Shown: one piece after another, positions 9,376-20,296 of the stretch
Numbering within the stretch: the stretch's first letter is position 1
Layout of the letters: the number at the start of each line of letters is the position of its first letter
Assembly: GCA_965248535.1 (NCBI GenBank)
Contig: CBDFJR010000005.1
Span: 832,001-896,000, forward strand
Source of the DNA: Phormidesmis sp.
GTDB lineage: Bacteria; Cyanobacteriota; Cyanobacteriia; Leptolyngbyales; Leptolyngbyaceae
DNA length: 64,000 bases
Direction: 5' to 3'
The notes under the pieces: generated by a model
What the model was told of the DNA's origin: nothing
The model's input: the letters and a program-made list of their open reading frames with translations, nothing else
The model's database searches: none
Position numbers and translations under genes: made by a program

Positions 9376-10389
9376 TTAAATGGGCGTTTGGGGAGGAATC
9401 GGCTGCGGCTTGCTAGATGCCTGACATTTAACGGTGCCGATCGTGGGCGATCGCGGCACCGATTTTCCCGATGAGATCACCTCAAAATCAGCAGGCGGCC
9501 CGGCTTTGTGCCCTTGACTAATCTGACACGCCTTCGTGACGTAATAGCCTTCAGTCTTAGCGCTCGGCCCCTGCCAGATGGCTTGCAGTTCTAAAACATA
9601 TTGGGTGTCAGGCAGCACTCGCCCGCGTAGATCCCAGAGAGTGTTCTCAGTCCGACGGGTCATTTTTGCCTGCGCGTCGGCAGCTAGTTTTGAGATTTCT
9701 TGATTCAACTGTTCTGGCGAGAGCCAGCGTTCTACCTCTGCCCAAGGCTTACCTTCTAAGCGAGTTTTCAAGCTTTGCTCGGCGGCATCTAACAGGTTAA
9801 TGCCTTTGACATCAGGCTGCCTTTCGGGATATAGCTCGACCACAAAAGCGCTGCGCCTAAAATCGTCAGAGCGAATGGTGGGATAGGCGATCAGCCAATC
9901 TTGCAGCAAGAAATGCAGTTGAAACCAGCAGCTAATCACCAAATTGCTCAAGAGCATCAAAATGATATCTTGGCGATCGCCAGGCTTGGGAATGGCATAG
10001 GTCGGCGTTTTCTTCTTAGAGTCAGTTTTGATAAACCGAGGAACCGCCCACAGCAGCGCTGAAACCGGAGGCCAGCTAATAAAAGAAGCCGGGGTCGGGG
10101 TGCCGTTCCAACTGCCAAACAGCCAGAGACACACGATCGCGCCTACAATCCACGGCCCGGTAAACAGCCCGCCAAAGGTCAGCTTTTTCTTAACCGCGCC
10201 ATCGTAGGTAAACCACCAAACGCTGGTCACCAAAAACAGCCAGCCAAAGTTTGCAATGATGGGCTGAATGGGCGGATTGGTGATGCTGGCTACAATCACC
10301 GAAAACACGCTCAGGCAGATCAAAGTTTGCCAAGAGGCCCAGCCAGGAGCCTGCAAGCTCTTCCGAATTTGGTCAAAAAAAGTGATCAT
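9376..10389 (-). CDS. fraD: septal junction protein FraD (DUF5357)
   Basis: N-terminal TM bundle (SWQTLI..S, GPWIVGA, SCWFQ) plus periplasmic C-domain; lies between fraC and the permease. Confidence 0.8.
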   Translation of the reverse strand: MITFFDQIRKSLQAPGWASWQTLICLSVFSVIVASITNPPIQPIIANFGWLFLVTSVWWFTYDGAVKKKLTFGGLFTGPWIVGAIVCLWLFGSWNGTPTPASFISWPPVSALLWAVPRFIKTDSKKKTPTYAIPKPGDRQDIILMLLSNLVISCWFQLHFLLQDWLIAYPTIRSDDFRRSAFVVELYPERQPDVKGINLLDAAEQSLKTRLEGKPWAEVERWLSPEQLNQEISKLAADAQAKMTRRTENTLWDLRGRVLPDTQYVLELQAIWQGPSAKTEGYYVTKACQISQGHKAGPPADFEVISSGKSVPRSPTIGTVKCQASSKPQPIPPQTPI

Positions 10390-10431
10390 GATGCCGATGA
10401 AAAAGGTCTAGACGGTAAGCTATGAGAGGGT

Positions 10432-10965
10432 TTAGAGCATGGGGTCAAAAAGCAGGCGCAGCCCAATCAGCAGCGTGATAGCGCTAAAGCTAATGGCATT
10501 TGCCCACAAAACCGCTAGCGGACGGTTAGGCACATTGGCAAAAGCGGCTCGCTGCCCTCGCTTGCCTTGAAACTTGGCGACGGCTTTGGCTTCGGTTTCT
10601 GCATCTTTTTTCAGTCCGAGCAGCAGTTCTAGCCAGGTGATCGCTTCAAGTTTGACTAAAAAAGTGGCGATGAAGCTGACAAACGCCAGCCCGATCAGCA
10701 GCGGAGGGTTGGTGGTCAGATCAAAAAAGATATAGCTGATTAGCTGTGAGCGTAGCTCAGGTGACAGCAGTGGCTCGGTGACAAAAAAGAGCATCCAGCC
10801 AATCACGGTTGACAGGAGATTGGTTGTCGCCGCAAATTGAATGCTGATTTTGCGCTCAAGGCCCAAGCGGCTTCGCAGCACCATCGATTCTAGAGCGATC
10901 GCGGTCACCAAAAACAAAAGTTGAAACAGAACCGCTCGCAGAGGCAAGACATCAAAAAAGGGCAT
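10432..10965 (-). CDS. fraC: filament integrity protein FraC
   Basis: LPLRAVLFQLLFLVTAIALES...NLLSTVIGW...AVLWANAISFS. Confidence 0.82.
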   Translation of the reverse strand: MPFFDVLPLRAVLFQLLFLVTAIALESMVLRSRLGLERKISIQFAATTNLLSTVIGWMLFFVTEPLLSPELRSQLISYIFFDLTTNPPLLIGLAFVSFIATFLVKLEAITWLELLLGLKKDAETEAKAVAKFQGKRGQRAAFANVPNRPLAVLWANAISFSAITLLIGLRLLFDPML

Positions 10966-11118
10966 GGTCACCAGAAGAGTAGGACGATCGCTCTGAGCTT
11001 CGCAAAGCAAATCAGCACCGTGATCACAGACGATTTTACGTTCAGTCGGCTCATCTGCACAGAAAGTTTTGCGATTTGGGCGGTGGTAAGCAGGATAACC
11101 GACACTTTATAGCCCATA

Positions 11119-11466
11119 GTGAGAGAATTGCTGGTCAGGAAATCTTCAAAAGCAACTCTGTTAAAGATGCTGTCGTGGTTGCCTGGTATGTCAAGCCAGG
11201 TCAAGAGATTCCGGCGCATTCCGGCGCACTTCCATCCCGATGGGCAAGACACTTGGACAATTTTATCGGGAGCAGGCACTTATTTTCTAGACACCGCAGG
11301 CACTACCCAGGCGATCGCCGCCGGAGATGTGGTGATTGCCCCGATCGGCTGCGTGCACGGGGTGATAAATCAGGAGGATCAGCCGTTGGTGTTTATTTCG
11401 GTCGTATCTCCCGCCGAGGCAGGCTATCAAAGGGTTTCAGCAGACGATGCAATTGCCCTGCATTAG
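11119..11466 (+). pseudogene. cupin-domain gene broken by a 10-bp duplication
   Basis: One frame reads KDAVVVAWYVKPGQEIPAH, another continues IPAHFHPDGQDTWTILSG...HGV; ATTCCGGCGC is duplicated at 11208-11227. 5' boundary approximate. Confidence 0.75.
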
Positions 11467-11612
11467 ACGTTCTGCATCCATTCCGGGTCGCCTCATTTTG
11501 AATGCCCAACTTCACTACTAAACCCCTTTGAGCTTGTCGTCTCAATCGCCGTAGATGTCAAACAACAGGCAGAGGCGCGGTATACTCCGGTGGAGTTAAT
11601 TGCTGAGAAAAC

Positions 11613-12998
11613 ATGGTAGCGGTAGCAATCTTGGCGGCTGGACGAGGGACGCGCATGAAATCGGACTTGCCTAAAGTCCTGCACTGCTTAGGGAGTCGAT
11701 CGCTGGTTGAGCGCGTGTTAGATGGGACGGCTGACATCAACCCTGAGCGACGATTGGTGATTGTGGGCTATCGAGGCGAACTCATCAAAGAGGCGATGAC
11801 TAGCCAGGGCGATCGCTATGCTGGGGTGGAATTTGTTGAGCAGACCGAGCAGTTGGGCACTGGGCACGCCATTCAACAATTGCTGTCGCCCCTAAAAGGG
11901 TTTGAAGGCAGCTTGCTGGTCTTAAATGGCGACGTGCCGCTATTGCGACCGACAACGCTACGACGATTGCTAGAAACTCATCAAGAGCACAACAACGCCG
12001 CGACAATTTTAACGGCTCAAGTGCCAAACCCCAAGGGCTATGGACGAGTATTTTGTGATGGAAACAATATCCTTACTCAGATTGTAGAAGATCGCGATTG
12101 CAGCCCTGCTCAAACCCAAAATCGGCGCGTCAACGCTGGCATTTATTGCTTTCGCTGGCGAGATTTAGCGGCGGTGTTGCCCAACTTGACGAGCAATAAT
12201 GATCAGCAAGAATATTATCTGACCGATGCGGTCAACTATCTCAACCCGGTGATGACCGTAGACGTTGATGACTATCAAGAAATTTTGGGCATCAACGATC
12301 GTCAGCAGTTGGCCACCGCTTACGGAATTTTGCAAACCCGCATTAAAAACGATTGGATGGCACGAGGCGTGACGCTAATTGACCCAGACAGCATCACGAT
12401 CGAAGACACCGTTCACCTCGAAGCCGATGTGGTGATTGAGCCTCAGACGCATTTGCGAGGCGAAACCGTCATTCAAACCAAGAGCCGCATCGGCCCCGGC
12501 AGCCTGATCGAAAATAGCCAGATCGGGGAGAACGTCACGGTTCTGTTTTCGGTCGTGACAGATAGTGTGGTCAAGTCTGGCTCTCGCGTTGGCCCCTATG
12601 CCCATTTGCGGGGTCATGCCGAAGTGGGGGCAAACTGTCGGATTGGCAATTTTGTAGAGTTAAAAAATTCTGCGTTGGGCGATCGCACCAATGCCTCTCA
12701 CTTGTCTTATTTGGGGGATGCCACGATCGGGTCTCACGTCAACATCGGCGGCGGCACCATCACCGCTAACTATGATGGCGTGAAAAAGCACCGCACGACG
12801 ATCGGCGATCGTAGCAAAACTGGAGTTAATAATGCGCTCATTGCGCCCCTCACCATTGGCGAAGATGTAACAATCGCGGCAGGTTCAACCATCAGTGAAG
12901 ATGTGCCTAACGACTGTTTGGCGATCGCCCGATCGCGGCAGGTGATCAAGTTGGGGTGGCGCATGAAGTCGCGATCGTCAGAGAATTCCGATCAATAG
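11613..12998 (+). CDS. glmU: bifunctional UDP-GlcNAc pyrophosphorylase/acetyltransferase
   Basis: [18 protein letters not shown], hexapeptide repeats, [11 protein letters not shown]. Confidence 0.97.
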   Translation: MVAVAILAAGRGTRMKSDLPKVLHCLGSRSLVERVLDGTADINPERRLVIVGYRGELIKEAMTSQGDRYAGVEFVEQTEQLGTGHAIQQLLSPLKGFEGSLLVLNGDVPLLRPTTLRRLLETHQEHNNAATILTAQVPNPKGYGRVFCDGNNILTQIVEDRDCSPAQTQNRRVNAGIYCFRWRDLAAVLPNLTSNNDQQEYYLTDAVNYLNPVMTVDVDDYQEILGINDRQQLATAYGILQTRIKNDWMARGVTLIDPDSITIEDTVHLEADVVIEPQTHLRGETVIQTKSRIGPGSLIENSQIGENVTVLFSVVTDSVVKSGSRVGPYAHLRGHAEVGANCRIGNFVELKNSALGDRTNASHLSYLGDATIGSHVNIGGGTITANYDGVKKHRTTIGDRSKTGVNNALIAPLTIGEDVTIAAGSTISEDVPNDCLAIARSRQVIKLGWRMKSRSSENSDQ

Positions 12999-13142
12999 CA
13001 GTAAAGGAAGTCCGTGAGTTTCCCGGCTGGTTGAGATTTCTAGAACGTTCAAGCAGTTCCAGATGATGACATGGTTGTAGAGTGTGCAGTAGTCGGTAAT
13101 GCAACTCACATCGTTACCAATAAGTATCAAAAGTTACTTTCC
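12999..13142 (+). pseudogene. degenerate PIN-family toxin remnant
   Basis: Frameshifted fragments including AVPDDDMVVECAVVGNATHIVTN (from 13053), like the DPDD..LECA....A..IVT motif. Confidence 0.5.
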
Positions 13143-13195
13143 GTCGTACAACTTCACCGTTCTCAAAGCCGATCAAGAGGCCGAAAATAGCAGGA

Positions 13196-13795
13196 TTACG
13201 GCGAGGGTAATTTAATCGGAATATTGAGTTTGTTCGACAGAAATTTTGTGCATTCCAGCACATCAGCAGCGCGATCGAGTTGTTGGATAATCGGAAAAAT
13301 CATACTCAACACCGCCAAAAAATAGGCTTTAATTCTCTGAGGCTTACGGCGATAAACTACTTTGATTTCGGCTTGCAGATCTTCGAGATAGACGATCGCT
13401 AGCTCACGTCTGGCGCTTGGAAGTTGATCGACAGTCTCTTTAAGCTGATCTAGCGCCTTAAGAATCGCAGGCATGTCTTGGGCAAAACTCTGCTCAACGT
13501 CAGGGTTAGGATTGGTTTCAGCCGCCTCATTAGCCGAGTTGGACGCTGGCTCAGAGCCTGCTCGATCGAGGGCAGCTTTCCCATCTTCGGTCAGATAAGC
13601 TCGGACGATTTGGAACTCTTTCGTCTTATTGTCAAAAACTTTCGCCGCTTTGAGATAGCCATCTTCTGCCATCGTGTCGAGATAATATCGCAGCATTTGC
13701 ATCGACGTTCCGAGAGCTTGGGCGATGCTGTCTCCTGAGCTATGTCCAGCATCAATGATTTGCAGAATTTTAATTTGCTTCTCGTTTAAGGGCAT
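13196..13795 (-). CDS. hypothetical protein with N-terminal winged HTH
   Basis: LNEKQIKILQII..G.SSGDSIAQALG...LTEDGKAAL resembles a wHTH; helical C-domain. Confidence 0.65.
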   Translation of the reverse strand: MPLNEKQIKILQIIDAGHSSGDSIAQALGTSMQMLRYYLDTMAEDGYLKAAKVFDNKTKEFQIVRAYLTEDGKAALDRAGSEPASNSANEAAETNPNPDVEQSFAQDMPAILKALDQLKETVDQLPSARRELAIVYLEDLQAEIKVVYRRKPQRIKAYFLAVLSMIFPIIQQLDRAADVLECTKFLSNKLNIPIKLPSP

Positions 13796-13855
13796 GAATT
13801 TGTGGCGGCTACGATCGAGATGCTCATCTTAACTGAGTTTCGGTCAGCGGTTTGT

Positions 13856-14413
13856 CTAAGACCGCACTGACCCAGCGTTGCAGTCTCTCAACCAGGTCTG
13901 CACCGCTTGCCCAACGCTGCCTTGACTGCTGTCTCGCGGCGGCGTGGTCGGTTGTCCGGGAGGCGCTCCGGTGCGCGTAAACATCAGCGCCAATCGCCAA
14001 CCGCTTTTAGTTTTAGTCAAAAACAGCCAGTGAAACTGCTGAATCTCGATCGCGCTGCCTGCCGTGTTTTGTCGTTCTAGAGTCGTGATGAAAACTTGAC
14101 GCAAATCTGAGGCGTTTTGCGGAGAGGGAATCGTCGAAAAAGTACCAGAAGTCAGGGGCAAGGGCACAAATTCGGGTCTACCTGCGGTGATCACCGAGTT
14201 GAGCGCAGAAATCGCTGGGTAGCGCGATCGCGAGCGCACCATCACCCGATTGGCATAGCTGGGCAAATCTCGCAGCATCAGCACCGTCAACGGCTCCACC
14301 TCGGCTGGGCAGACGTGAATCGTTTTGGGTCTAGACAAGGCTGCCTGCGAAGCGATCGTGCCACTCCACCACCCCATCATCATCAGCCCGATCGCCAGAA
14401 GTTTTTTCACCAT
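13856..14413 (-). CDS. conserved cyanobacterial hypothetical exported protein
   Basis: Signal peptide; LRDLPSYANRV, GRPEF.PLP, QVFITTLERQ, WLRDC motifs. Confidence 0.75.
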   Translation of the reverse strand: MVKKLLAIGLMMMGWWSGTIASQAALSRPKTIHVCPAEVEPLTVLMLRDLPSYANRVMVRSRSRYPAISALNSVITAGRPEFVPLPLTSGTFSTIPSPQNASDLRQVFITTLERQNTAGSAIEIQQFHWLFLTKTKSGWRLALMFTRTGAPPGQPTTPPRDSSQGSVGQAVQTWLRDCNAGSVRS

Positions 14414-15124
14414 TTAGCTCAGTTCTTGACAGACCCGATCGAAGGCCGCAACTGGATCGATCGCCGCCGTAATCGGACGGCCAATCACCAGATAGTTAGC
14501 TCCCGCTTTTAAGGCTGCCGCAGGAGTCATGACCCGTTTTTGGTCTCCGGCTTCTGCCCAAGTAGGTCTCACCCCCGGACACACCAGCGTAAAATCAGCG
14601 CCGCAGCTTTGCCGCAGTTGAGCCACCTCGTGAGGCGAACAGACTGCACCCGCCAACCCGCTTGATTGGGCCAATAGCGCCATTTGCAGCGCATAGTCTG
14701 GCAACTCTAGGGGAACTTTCAACTCAAACGCCAAACTGCGGGAAGAAAGGCTCGTCAGCAGCGTGATCGCAATCAGCTTTGGAGCGGATAACTCGGCTTG
14801 CTCGGCGCTGGCTTGCATCGCAGATTGGGCAAGTTGCAGCCCCTCTTTGCCACAGGTGGCGTGAATCGTCAGCAAATCAACACCATAGCGGGCGGCGGCG
14901 GCACAAGCTCCGGCGATCGTGTTGGGAATATCGTGAAACTTGAGGTCTAAAAAAATCCGCTTCTGTCGCTCTTTGAGAATCTTCAAAATCGAGGGGCCGC
15001 TGCTGACAAATAATTCCAGCCCAACCTTCCAAAAGGTGACGCGTGGAAGTTTTTCGATCAAAGCGATCGCTGCTGCTTCCGAAGCAACGTCAAGCGGCAC
15101 AATAATGCAATCAGAAACGGGCAT
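14414..15124 (-). CDS. pyrF: orotidine-5'-phosphate decarboxylase
   Basis: [35 protein letters not shown]. Confidence 0.97.
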   Translation of the reverse strand: MPVSDCIIVPLDVASEAAAIALIEKLPRVTFWKVGLELFVSSGPSILKILKERQKRIFLDLKFHDIPNTIAGACAAAARYGVDLLTIHATCGKEGLQLAQSAMQASAEQAELSAPKLIAITLLTSLSSRSLAFELKVPLELPDYALQMALLAQSSGLAGAVCSPHEVAQLRQSCGADFTLVCPGVRPTWAEAGDQKRVMTPAAALKAGANYLVIGRPITAAIDPVAAFDRVCQELS

Positions 15125-15128
15125 AGGT

Positions 15129-16361
15129 TTAGGCTACAAATCGCACAAATTTATTTTTGCCAAGCTGAAGAACCTTGCCGATCAAGTCATCAGGAGACTC
15201 AAAGGTGAGGTCAACTTCAGCCACTTTGTCACCGTCTAATCTAACTGCGCCGCCTTGAATTTGCCGACGGGCATCAGAGCTAGTCTTGCACAAACCACTG
15301 GCGCTAACTAGATAGAAAACCTTAGCGGGAAATTGAATCGACGCTAGTGAAAATTCTGGAACTACATCAGTTTCGGCAGTACCGCCTCGAACCAGTTCAC
15401 CAGCCGCTTTCTGGGATTCTAGCGCCGCTTCTCTACCGTGATATTGGCTAACGATTTCTAAGGCGAGAAGTTTTTGACGATCGCGCGCTCCTTCGGGCAA
15501 TTGATCCAACGATAGATCGGTTAGCAACTCAAAATACTGCTCGATCAGCGCATCAGGAGTTTTCTCTAGCTTTGAATACATACTCAGCGCATCTTCCGAC
15601 AAACCCACATAGTTGCCGAGCGACTTTGACATTTTTTGAACGCCATCCGTCCCGATCAGGATCGGCATCAACAGTCCAAACTGCGGAGTTTGCCCAAAAT
15701 GTCGCTGCAAATCTCGCCCAACTGCCAGGTTAAACTTCTGATCGGTGCCGCCTAGCTCCACATCAGACTGAACGGCGACCGAATCATAACCCTGCATTAA
15801 CGGGTAGAGAAACTCGTGTAGATAAATCGCCGACCCTTGCTTATAGCGCTCTGCAAACCCTTCTTTAGCCAACATCTGGCCAACCGTCATCGTCGCCAAT
15901 AGCTCTAGGGTTTTGGGCAGGTCAAGTTTTGATAACCACTCCGAGTTATAGCGAACTTCTAACCGTCCGGGGGTGTCAAAATCCAAAATAGGGCGCACCT
16001 GCTTAAGATAGGTCTCAGCGTTGGCGGCAACTTGCTCTTCGGTCAACTGCTTGCGAACTTCTGACTTGCCCGTCGGGTCACCAATGCGGGCAGTGAAATC
16101 ACCAATGATCACCACGGCCGTATGACCTGCATCCTGAAACGATCGCAGCTTTCTGAATAGAATGCTATGACCCAGATGAATGTCAGTGCCCGTGGGATCA
16201 ATGCCCAACTTGATTCGCAAGGGACGAGCAGCCTGGCTGCCAGAAACCCCTTCGCGCTGAGTCAACCGCCGCTCTAAATTTTCATCCGGGTTATCAGACT
16301 CAGGTTGATGGGGGAAAATTTCGTGAATGCCCCGATGCAGCCAGGGGAAGGAGTTAGACAT
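15129..16361 (-). CDS. tyrS: tyrosine--tRNA ligase
   Basis: [31 protein letters not shown]4 domain. Confidence 0.97.
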   Translation of the reverse strand: MSNSFPWLHRGIHEIFPHQPESDNPDENLERRLTQREGVSGSQAARPLRIKLGIDPTGTDIHLGHSILFRKLRSFQDAGHTAVVIIGDFTARIGDPTGKSEVRKQLTEEQVAANAETYLKQVRPILDFDTPGRLEVRYNSEWLSKLDLPKTLELLATMTVGQMLAKEGFAERYKQGSAIYLHEFLYPLMQGYDSVAVQSDVELGGTDQKFNLAVGRDLQRHFGQTPQFGLLMPILIGTDGVQKMSKSLGNYVGLSEDALSMYSKLEKTPDALIEQYFELLTDLSLDQLPEGARDRQKLLALEIVSQYHGREAALESQKAAGELVRGGTAETDVVPEFSLASIQFPAKVFYLVSASGLCKTSSDARRQIQGGAVRLDGDKVAEVDLTFESPDDLIGKVLQLGKNKFVRFVA

Positions 16362-16656
16362 AGGAAGCGCGATCGACAAAAAACTAGATTAACTATCCGT
16401 CTCGCTACAGGTGCAGACCAGCTAAAATTCAGACTCTCATCAGTCAGCCTACTATAATTAGGGTCAGCTTCGACTCAGAAAACTCGCGTCTAGTCTCAAC
16501 TCTGCTCATAAACTTGGTTCACTTTGGCAAGTGTCCACTATCCTACTAAGGTCACTTTGGCAAAAATATAGCGAAAGCAGCGTTTACGTCCTTCAGCCTT
16601 TTCTAGAAATTAGTTCATAAGAAACCGTTTCACCTTTTATTTAAAGAGAGAGCGTC

Positions 16657-18573
16657 GTGTCGTCCAACACCCTTAGACAAGATCAACAGCAGAAGAAAGA
16701 CCCTGAATCTGCGCTTCAATTTGTGCAGACGGTTGGCAAGATCACAGGCGGCACCCTGCTGGGGCTGACTATGTTGAGCAGCGCGATCGTAGCAGGTGGG
16801 TTAGTCGGTCTCGCCATCAGCTTTCGCAATCTGCCCGATGTCAGGGTGCTGCGAACCTATACGCCCAGTGAAACGACGCATATTTATGACATTAAGGGCA
16901 AGCAGTTGGCCAGCATCCACGGCGAAGCCAATCGCGAAGTGGTGCCGCTTGACAAGATTTCACCCCACTTAAAACGAGCCGTAATCGCGATCGAAGACAG
17001 CTATTTTTATTCGCACCAGGGGGTCAACGCGGGCGCGATCGCACGAGCCTTTAGCCAAAACTTTAACCACGGGCGCACGGTCGAAGGGGGATCAACCCTG
17101 ACCATGCAGTTGGTCAAGAACCTGTTTCTCTCGCCCAAACGTGCCTTTAGCCGCAAAATCGCCGAAGCGGTGCTGGCTTTGCGAATCGAGCAGATCTTTA
17201 AAAAAGATCAGATCTTAGAACTCTATCTCAATCAGGTCTATTGGGGGCACAACACCTACGGTGTGCAGACCGCAGCCCAAACCTACTTTGCTAAATCTGC
17301 CTCAGAGTTAACTTTGGCAGAGTCGGCCATGATGGCAGGGTTGATTCAGTCTCCCGAATCTCTCAGCCCTTTGGTAGATCTCCCAGCCGCGACCCGCCGC
17401 CAGCACGATGTGCTGCACCGCATGGTGGAGTTGAAGTGGATCACGCCCCAAGAAGAAGCCACCGCCCGCAAACAACCCATCAAGCTCGGCAAGCGCACCT
17501 CTTTTCAGTCAAGTGAGATGCCTTATGTGACCGATGCCGTAGTGCAAGAGTTGACTAAGAAATTTGGGCGCGATGCCGTTCTCAAAGGCGGAATGCGAAT
17601 TCAAACCACGATCGACTCCAAGCTTCAGCGCATTGGCGAAGACACGGCCCGGCGCTGGATTCAGACCCTCAACTATCAAGGAGTCTATGCCGACCAGATG
17701 GCGATCGTGTCGGTCGATCCGCGCACTCACTTTATCAAAGCGATGGTGGGTGGCATTAACTATAAAAAGAGCCAATATAACCGGGCGATGCAGGCGCTGA
17801 GACAGCCAGGGTCTTCGTTTAAGCCGTTTGTCTATTACGCTGCTTTTGCATCGGGCAAATACACGCCTGATTCCACCGTCTACGATTCGCCTGTCAGCTA
17901 CCCCGACGGCTATGAGATGTATTCCCCTCGCAACTACGACGGCAGCTTTGCAGGCGCGATTACTATTCGCAAAGCGTTAGAAATTTCGCGCAACGTCCCG
18001 GCGGTGAAATTGGGACAAGAAGTGGGGTTGAACAAGGTCGTAGAAATCTGCCGCAGCATTGGCATTAAAAGCCCGATCGACCCCGTGATTTCTCTACCCT
18101 TAGGAGCCGTTGACCTAACCCCGTTAGAGATGGCAGGCGCTTATGCCACCTTTGCCAGCAACGGCTGGTATTCTGACCCGACGCTAATCGTGCAGGTGAC
18201 CGACAGCAGTGGCACTATGCTGCTTGACAACACACCTAAACCTCGTCTGGTGCTCGATTCGTGGTCGTCGGCTGCGCTTAACGACACGCTGCAAGGAGTT
18301 GTCTCGCGAGGCACTGCCACCGCCGCCCAGATTGGCCGTCCGGCTGCTGGCAAGACAGGCACCACATCGTCTGAGCGCGATATCTGGTTTGTGGGCTATG
18401 TGCCTCAGCTAGCGACTGCCGTTTGGGTGGGCAACGACGACTATAGACCCCTCGGCTATGGGGCCACAGGCGGCCACTTTGTCGCCCCGATCTGGCGCGA
18501 CTATATGCAGCAGGCCCTGCAAGGGGTGCCCGTTGAAAACTTTAAGCCCGCGTCAGACTTCGATCGCCCTTGA
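16657..18573 (+). CDS. class A penicillin-binding protein (transglycosylase/transpeptidase)
   Basis: IEDSYFYSHQG, GGSTLTMQLVKN, RKIAE, SSFK, SRN, KTGT. Confidence 0.95.
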   Translation: MSSNTLRQDQQQKKDPESALQFVQTVGKITGGTLLGLTMLSSAIVAGGLVGLAISFRNLPDVRVLRTYTPSETTHIYDIKGKQLASIHGEANREVVPLDKISPHLKRAVIAIEDSYFYSHQGVNAGAIARAFSQNFNHGRTVEGGSTLTMQLVKNLFLSPKRAFSRKIAEAVLALRIEQIFKKDQILELYLNQVYWGHNTYGVQTAAQTYFAKSASELTLAESAMMAGLIQSPESLSPLVDLPAATRRQHDVLHRMVELKWITPQEEATARKQPIKLGKRTSFQSSEMPYVTDAVVQELTKKFGRDAVLKGGMRIQTTIDSKLQRIGEDTARRWIQTLNYQGVYADQMAIVSVDPRTHFIKAMVGGINYKKSQYNRAMQALRQPGSSFKPFVYYAAFASGKYTPDSTVYDSPVSYPDGYEMYSPRNYDGSFAGAITIRKALEISRNVPAVKLGQEVGLNKVVEICRSIGIKSPIDPVISLPLGAVDLTPLEMAGAYATFASNGWYSDPTLIVQVTDSSGTMLLDNTPKPRLVLDSWSSAALNDTLQGVVSRGTATAAQIGRPAAGKTGTTSSERDIWFVGYVPQLATAVWVGNDDYRPLGYGATGGHFVAPIWRDYMQQALQGVPVENFKPASDFDRP

Positions 18574-18577
18574 TCCC

Positions 18578-18610
18578 AAGCCTCCGAGTTCTCCAAGAAC
18601 TCGGAGGTTT
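18578..18610. terminator. palindromic hairpin between convergent genes (bidirectional terminator/REP-like)
   Basis: CCTCCGAGTTCT-CCA-AGAACTCGGAGG perfect 12-bp stem. Confidence 0.6.
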
Positions 18611-18622
18611 GAACGAGGTTGC

Positions 18623-18937
18623 TCATTCGACTTCTCGTTTCATTCGTTCTAGCGTCAAGTTCATCTGGTCAAACATCTGTTGGGGCGTGATGCCAAACTG
18701 ACCTAGTTGAGTTTTAAGCTGCTCGACCGTCATTTGGGCTGAGAAGTCTTCTGATAGCTCAAACCGCTTCATGAAGACTTTGTAGCGATCCATCATCGCT
18801 TCCATTTGCTCGATGTACATTTTTTTGCCTTCGCGATCGAACTTGCCATAGCTACTTCCCAACTGGGTTAGCGATTGGTAGTCTTCAAACAGTCGCTTGG
18901 CTTCTTGTTGAACAATTTCAGAATCGAAAAATCCCAT
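18623..18937 (-). CDS. DUF1825 family protein
   Basis: MGFFDSEIVQQEAK.LFEDYQSL..LG..YGKFDREGKK is the conserved cyanobacterial pattern. Confidence 0.85.
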   Translation of the reverse strand: MGFFDSEIVQQEAKRLFEDYQSLTQLGSSYGKFDREGKKMYIEQMEAMMDRYKVFMKRFELSEDFSAQMTVEQLKTQLGQFGITPQQMFDQMNLTLERMKREVE

Positions 18938-19050
18938 CGCTCTCATTGCCTGAATATCTCAATTCGTTAAAAACTTGAATAGCCCGTAATGATCACTATT
19001 TTAAGTCAGCGACTTGATCGGGTTAAGTAGTGTTTCCACTACCGTCTCTT

Positions 19051-19980
19051 CTAGGGGCGACGAAAGATTCCAAACAAGCCGCCGCGCTTCTCTTCTTTGC
19101 CGAGGGGTCTAGAAGTCGGGGGCAGATGAGAAAGGGCAGCCCCGTCTAGCTTAAGCTTGGGGGCCAGGTTTGACGCTAGCGGATCTTTGGGGTTAAGCTC
19201 AAGCGCTCGCCGAACATGGGCTTTTGCCATTCCTAGCATTTTTTGGCGGAGATAGGAGTAGCCCAGCAGGGCATGATATTCTGCCCGATTTGGCTCCATT
19301 TTTACAGCGTCTTTCAACTCTGAGATCGCCTGTGCCCATTCTTCTCGCTTCACATATTCCTGCGATCGCTCATAGTGACGACGGGCATAATCAGGCTGCA
19401 CTACGTCAGCTTTGCTAAATAAGTCAACGGATGGGGTCGATGACATTTCAGATGCGACGGCCACCACACCCTGTCGCTTTTCTCGAAAAAACACATCGCC
19501 CATCTTTAGCTGTAGATAGACCAGATTTAGCTCGTTGATCTGCTGAGTAATGGTTTCAAAGTGCTCTAGCGGTTGATATTGCATCTCAGCTAGCTTTGCG
19601 ATCGCTTGTTCATAAAACACATCGGCTTCTTGCACCGGACGGCGCATCAACTCGCGTGCCGTTTCCCCTTGGGGCACCAGAGCCGAGTCGCGCACTAGTT
19701 TTCGCACTTTAAACCGCAGCATAGCGACCGCTTCGGTGCGTCCTTTTTCTTGTTTGACCTTTTGATAGGAGGGGTTGACCAACCGGGCAAACATTTGGGT
19801 CGCAAGCTCTGCGATCGTGGAGTCAGTTGACCCATAGCTGTCAGGATGCAAGAGCTTGGCAACCGATCGATAGCGCTTTAAGACTCGCCGATCATCGGCT
19901 GCGACAGAAACACCCAGCACAGCATAGGGGTCTGACAATTTGTTCAACCAGTCTGGCGAGAAGGAACTCTGGGTCATCAA
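19051..19980 (-). CDS. J-domain + TPR protein
   Basis: DPYAVLG..LHPD J-domain; C-terminal TPR repeats. Confidence 0.88.
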   Translation of the reverse strand: MMTQSSFSPDWLNKLSDPYAVLGVSVAADDRRVLKRYRSVAKLLHPDSYGSTDSTIAELATQMFARLVNPSYQKVKQEKGRTEAVAMLRFKVRKLVRDSALVPQGETARELMRRPVQEADVFYEQAIAKLAEMQYQPLEHFETITQQINELNLVYLQLKMGDVFFREKRQGVVAVASEMSSTPSVDLFSKADVVQPDYARRHYERSQEYVKREEWAQAISELKDAVKMEPNRAEYHALLGYSYLRQKMLGMAKAHVRRALELNPKDPLASNLAPKLKLDGAALSHLPPTSRPLGKEEKRGGLFGIFRRP

Positions 19981-20296
19981 TCGTCAGTCCTTAACCATCA
20001 AACAAATCTATTTCAAACGTTCTCGCATCACAGCTTGGGCTGACAACGTGCGATCGTGCTCCAGAGACTAAAAAACACCTGTATTCTTTATAGTGAAATA
20101 GACCTATTTACACAAGCGTAGACGAAAAGTTTTACCGACCTGCGGGCACGTCAGCGATCGGTGTAAATTAAAGGCATATAGAGGCAACAACCCTGATGAG
20201 AAGAACTTCTGGCAGATGTCTCCGCCAAGCCCATACTCCACTGTACTCAATATTGTGCGCTCTATGCCAGTCAAAACCGGAGAATTCACGCTTGAA

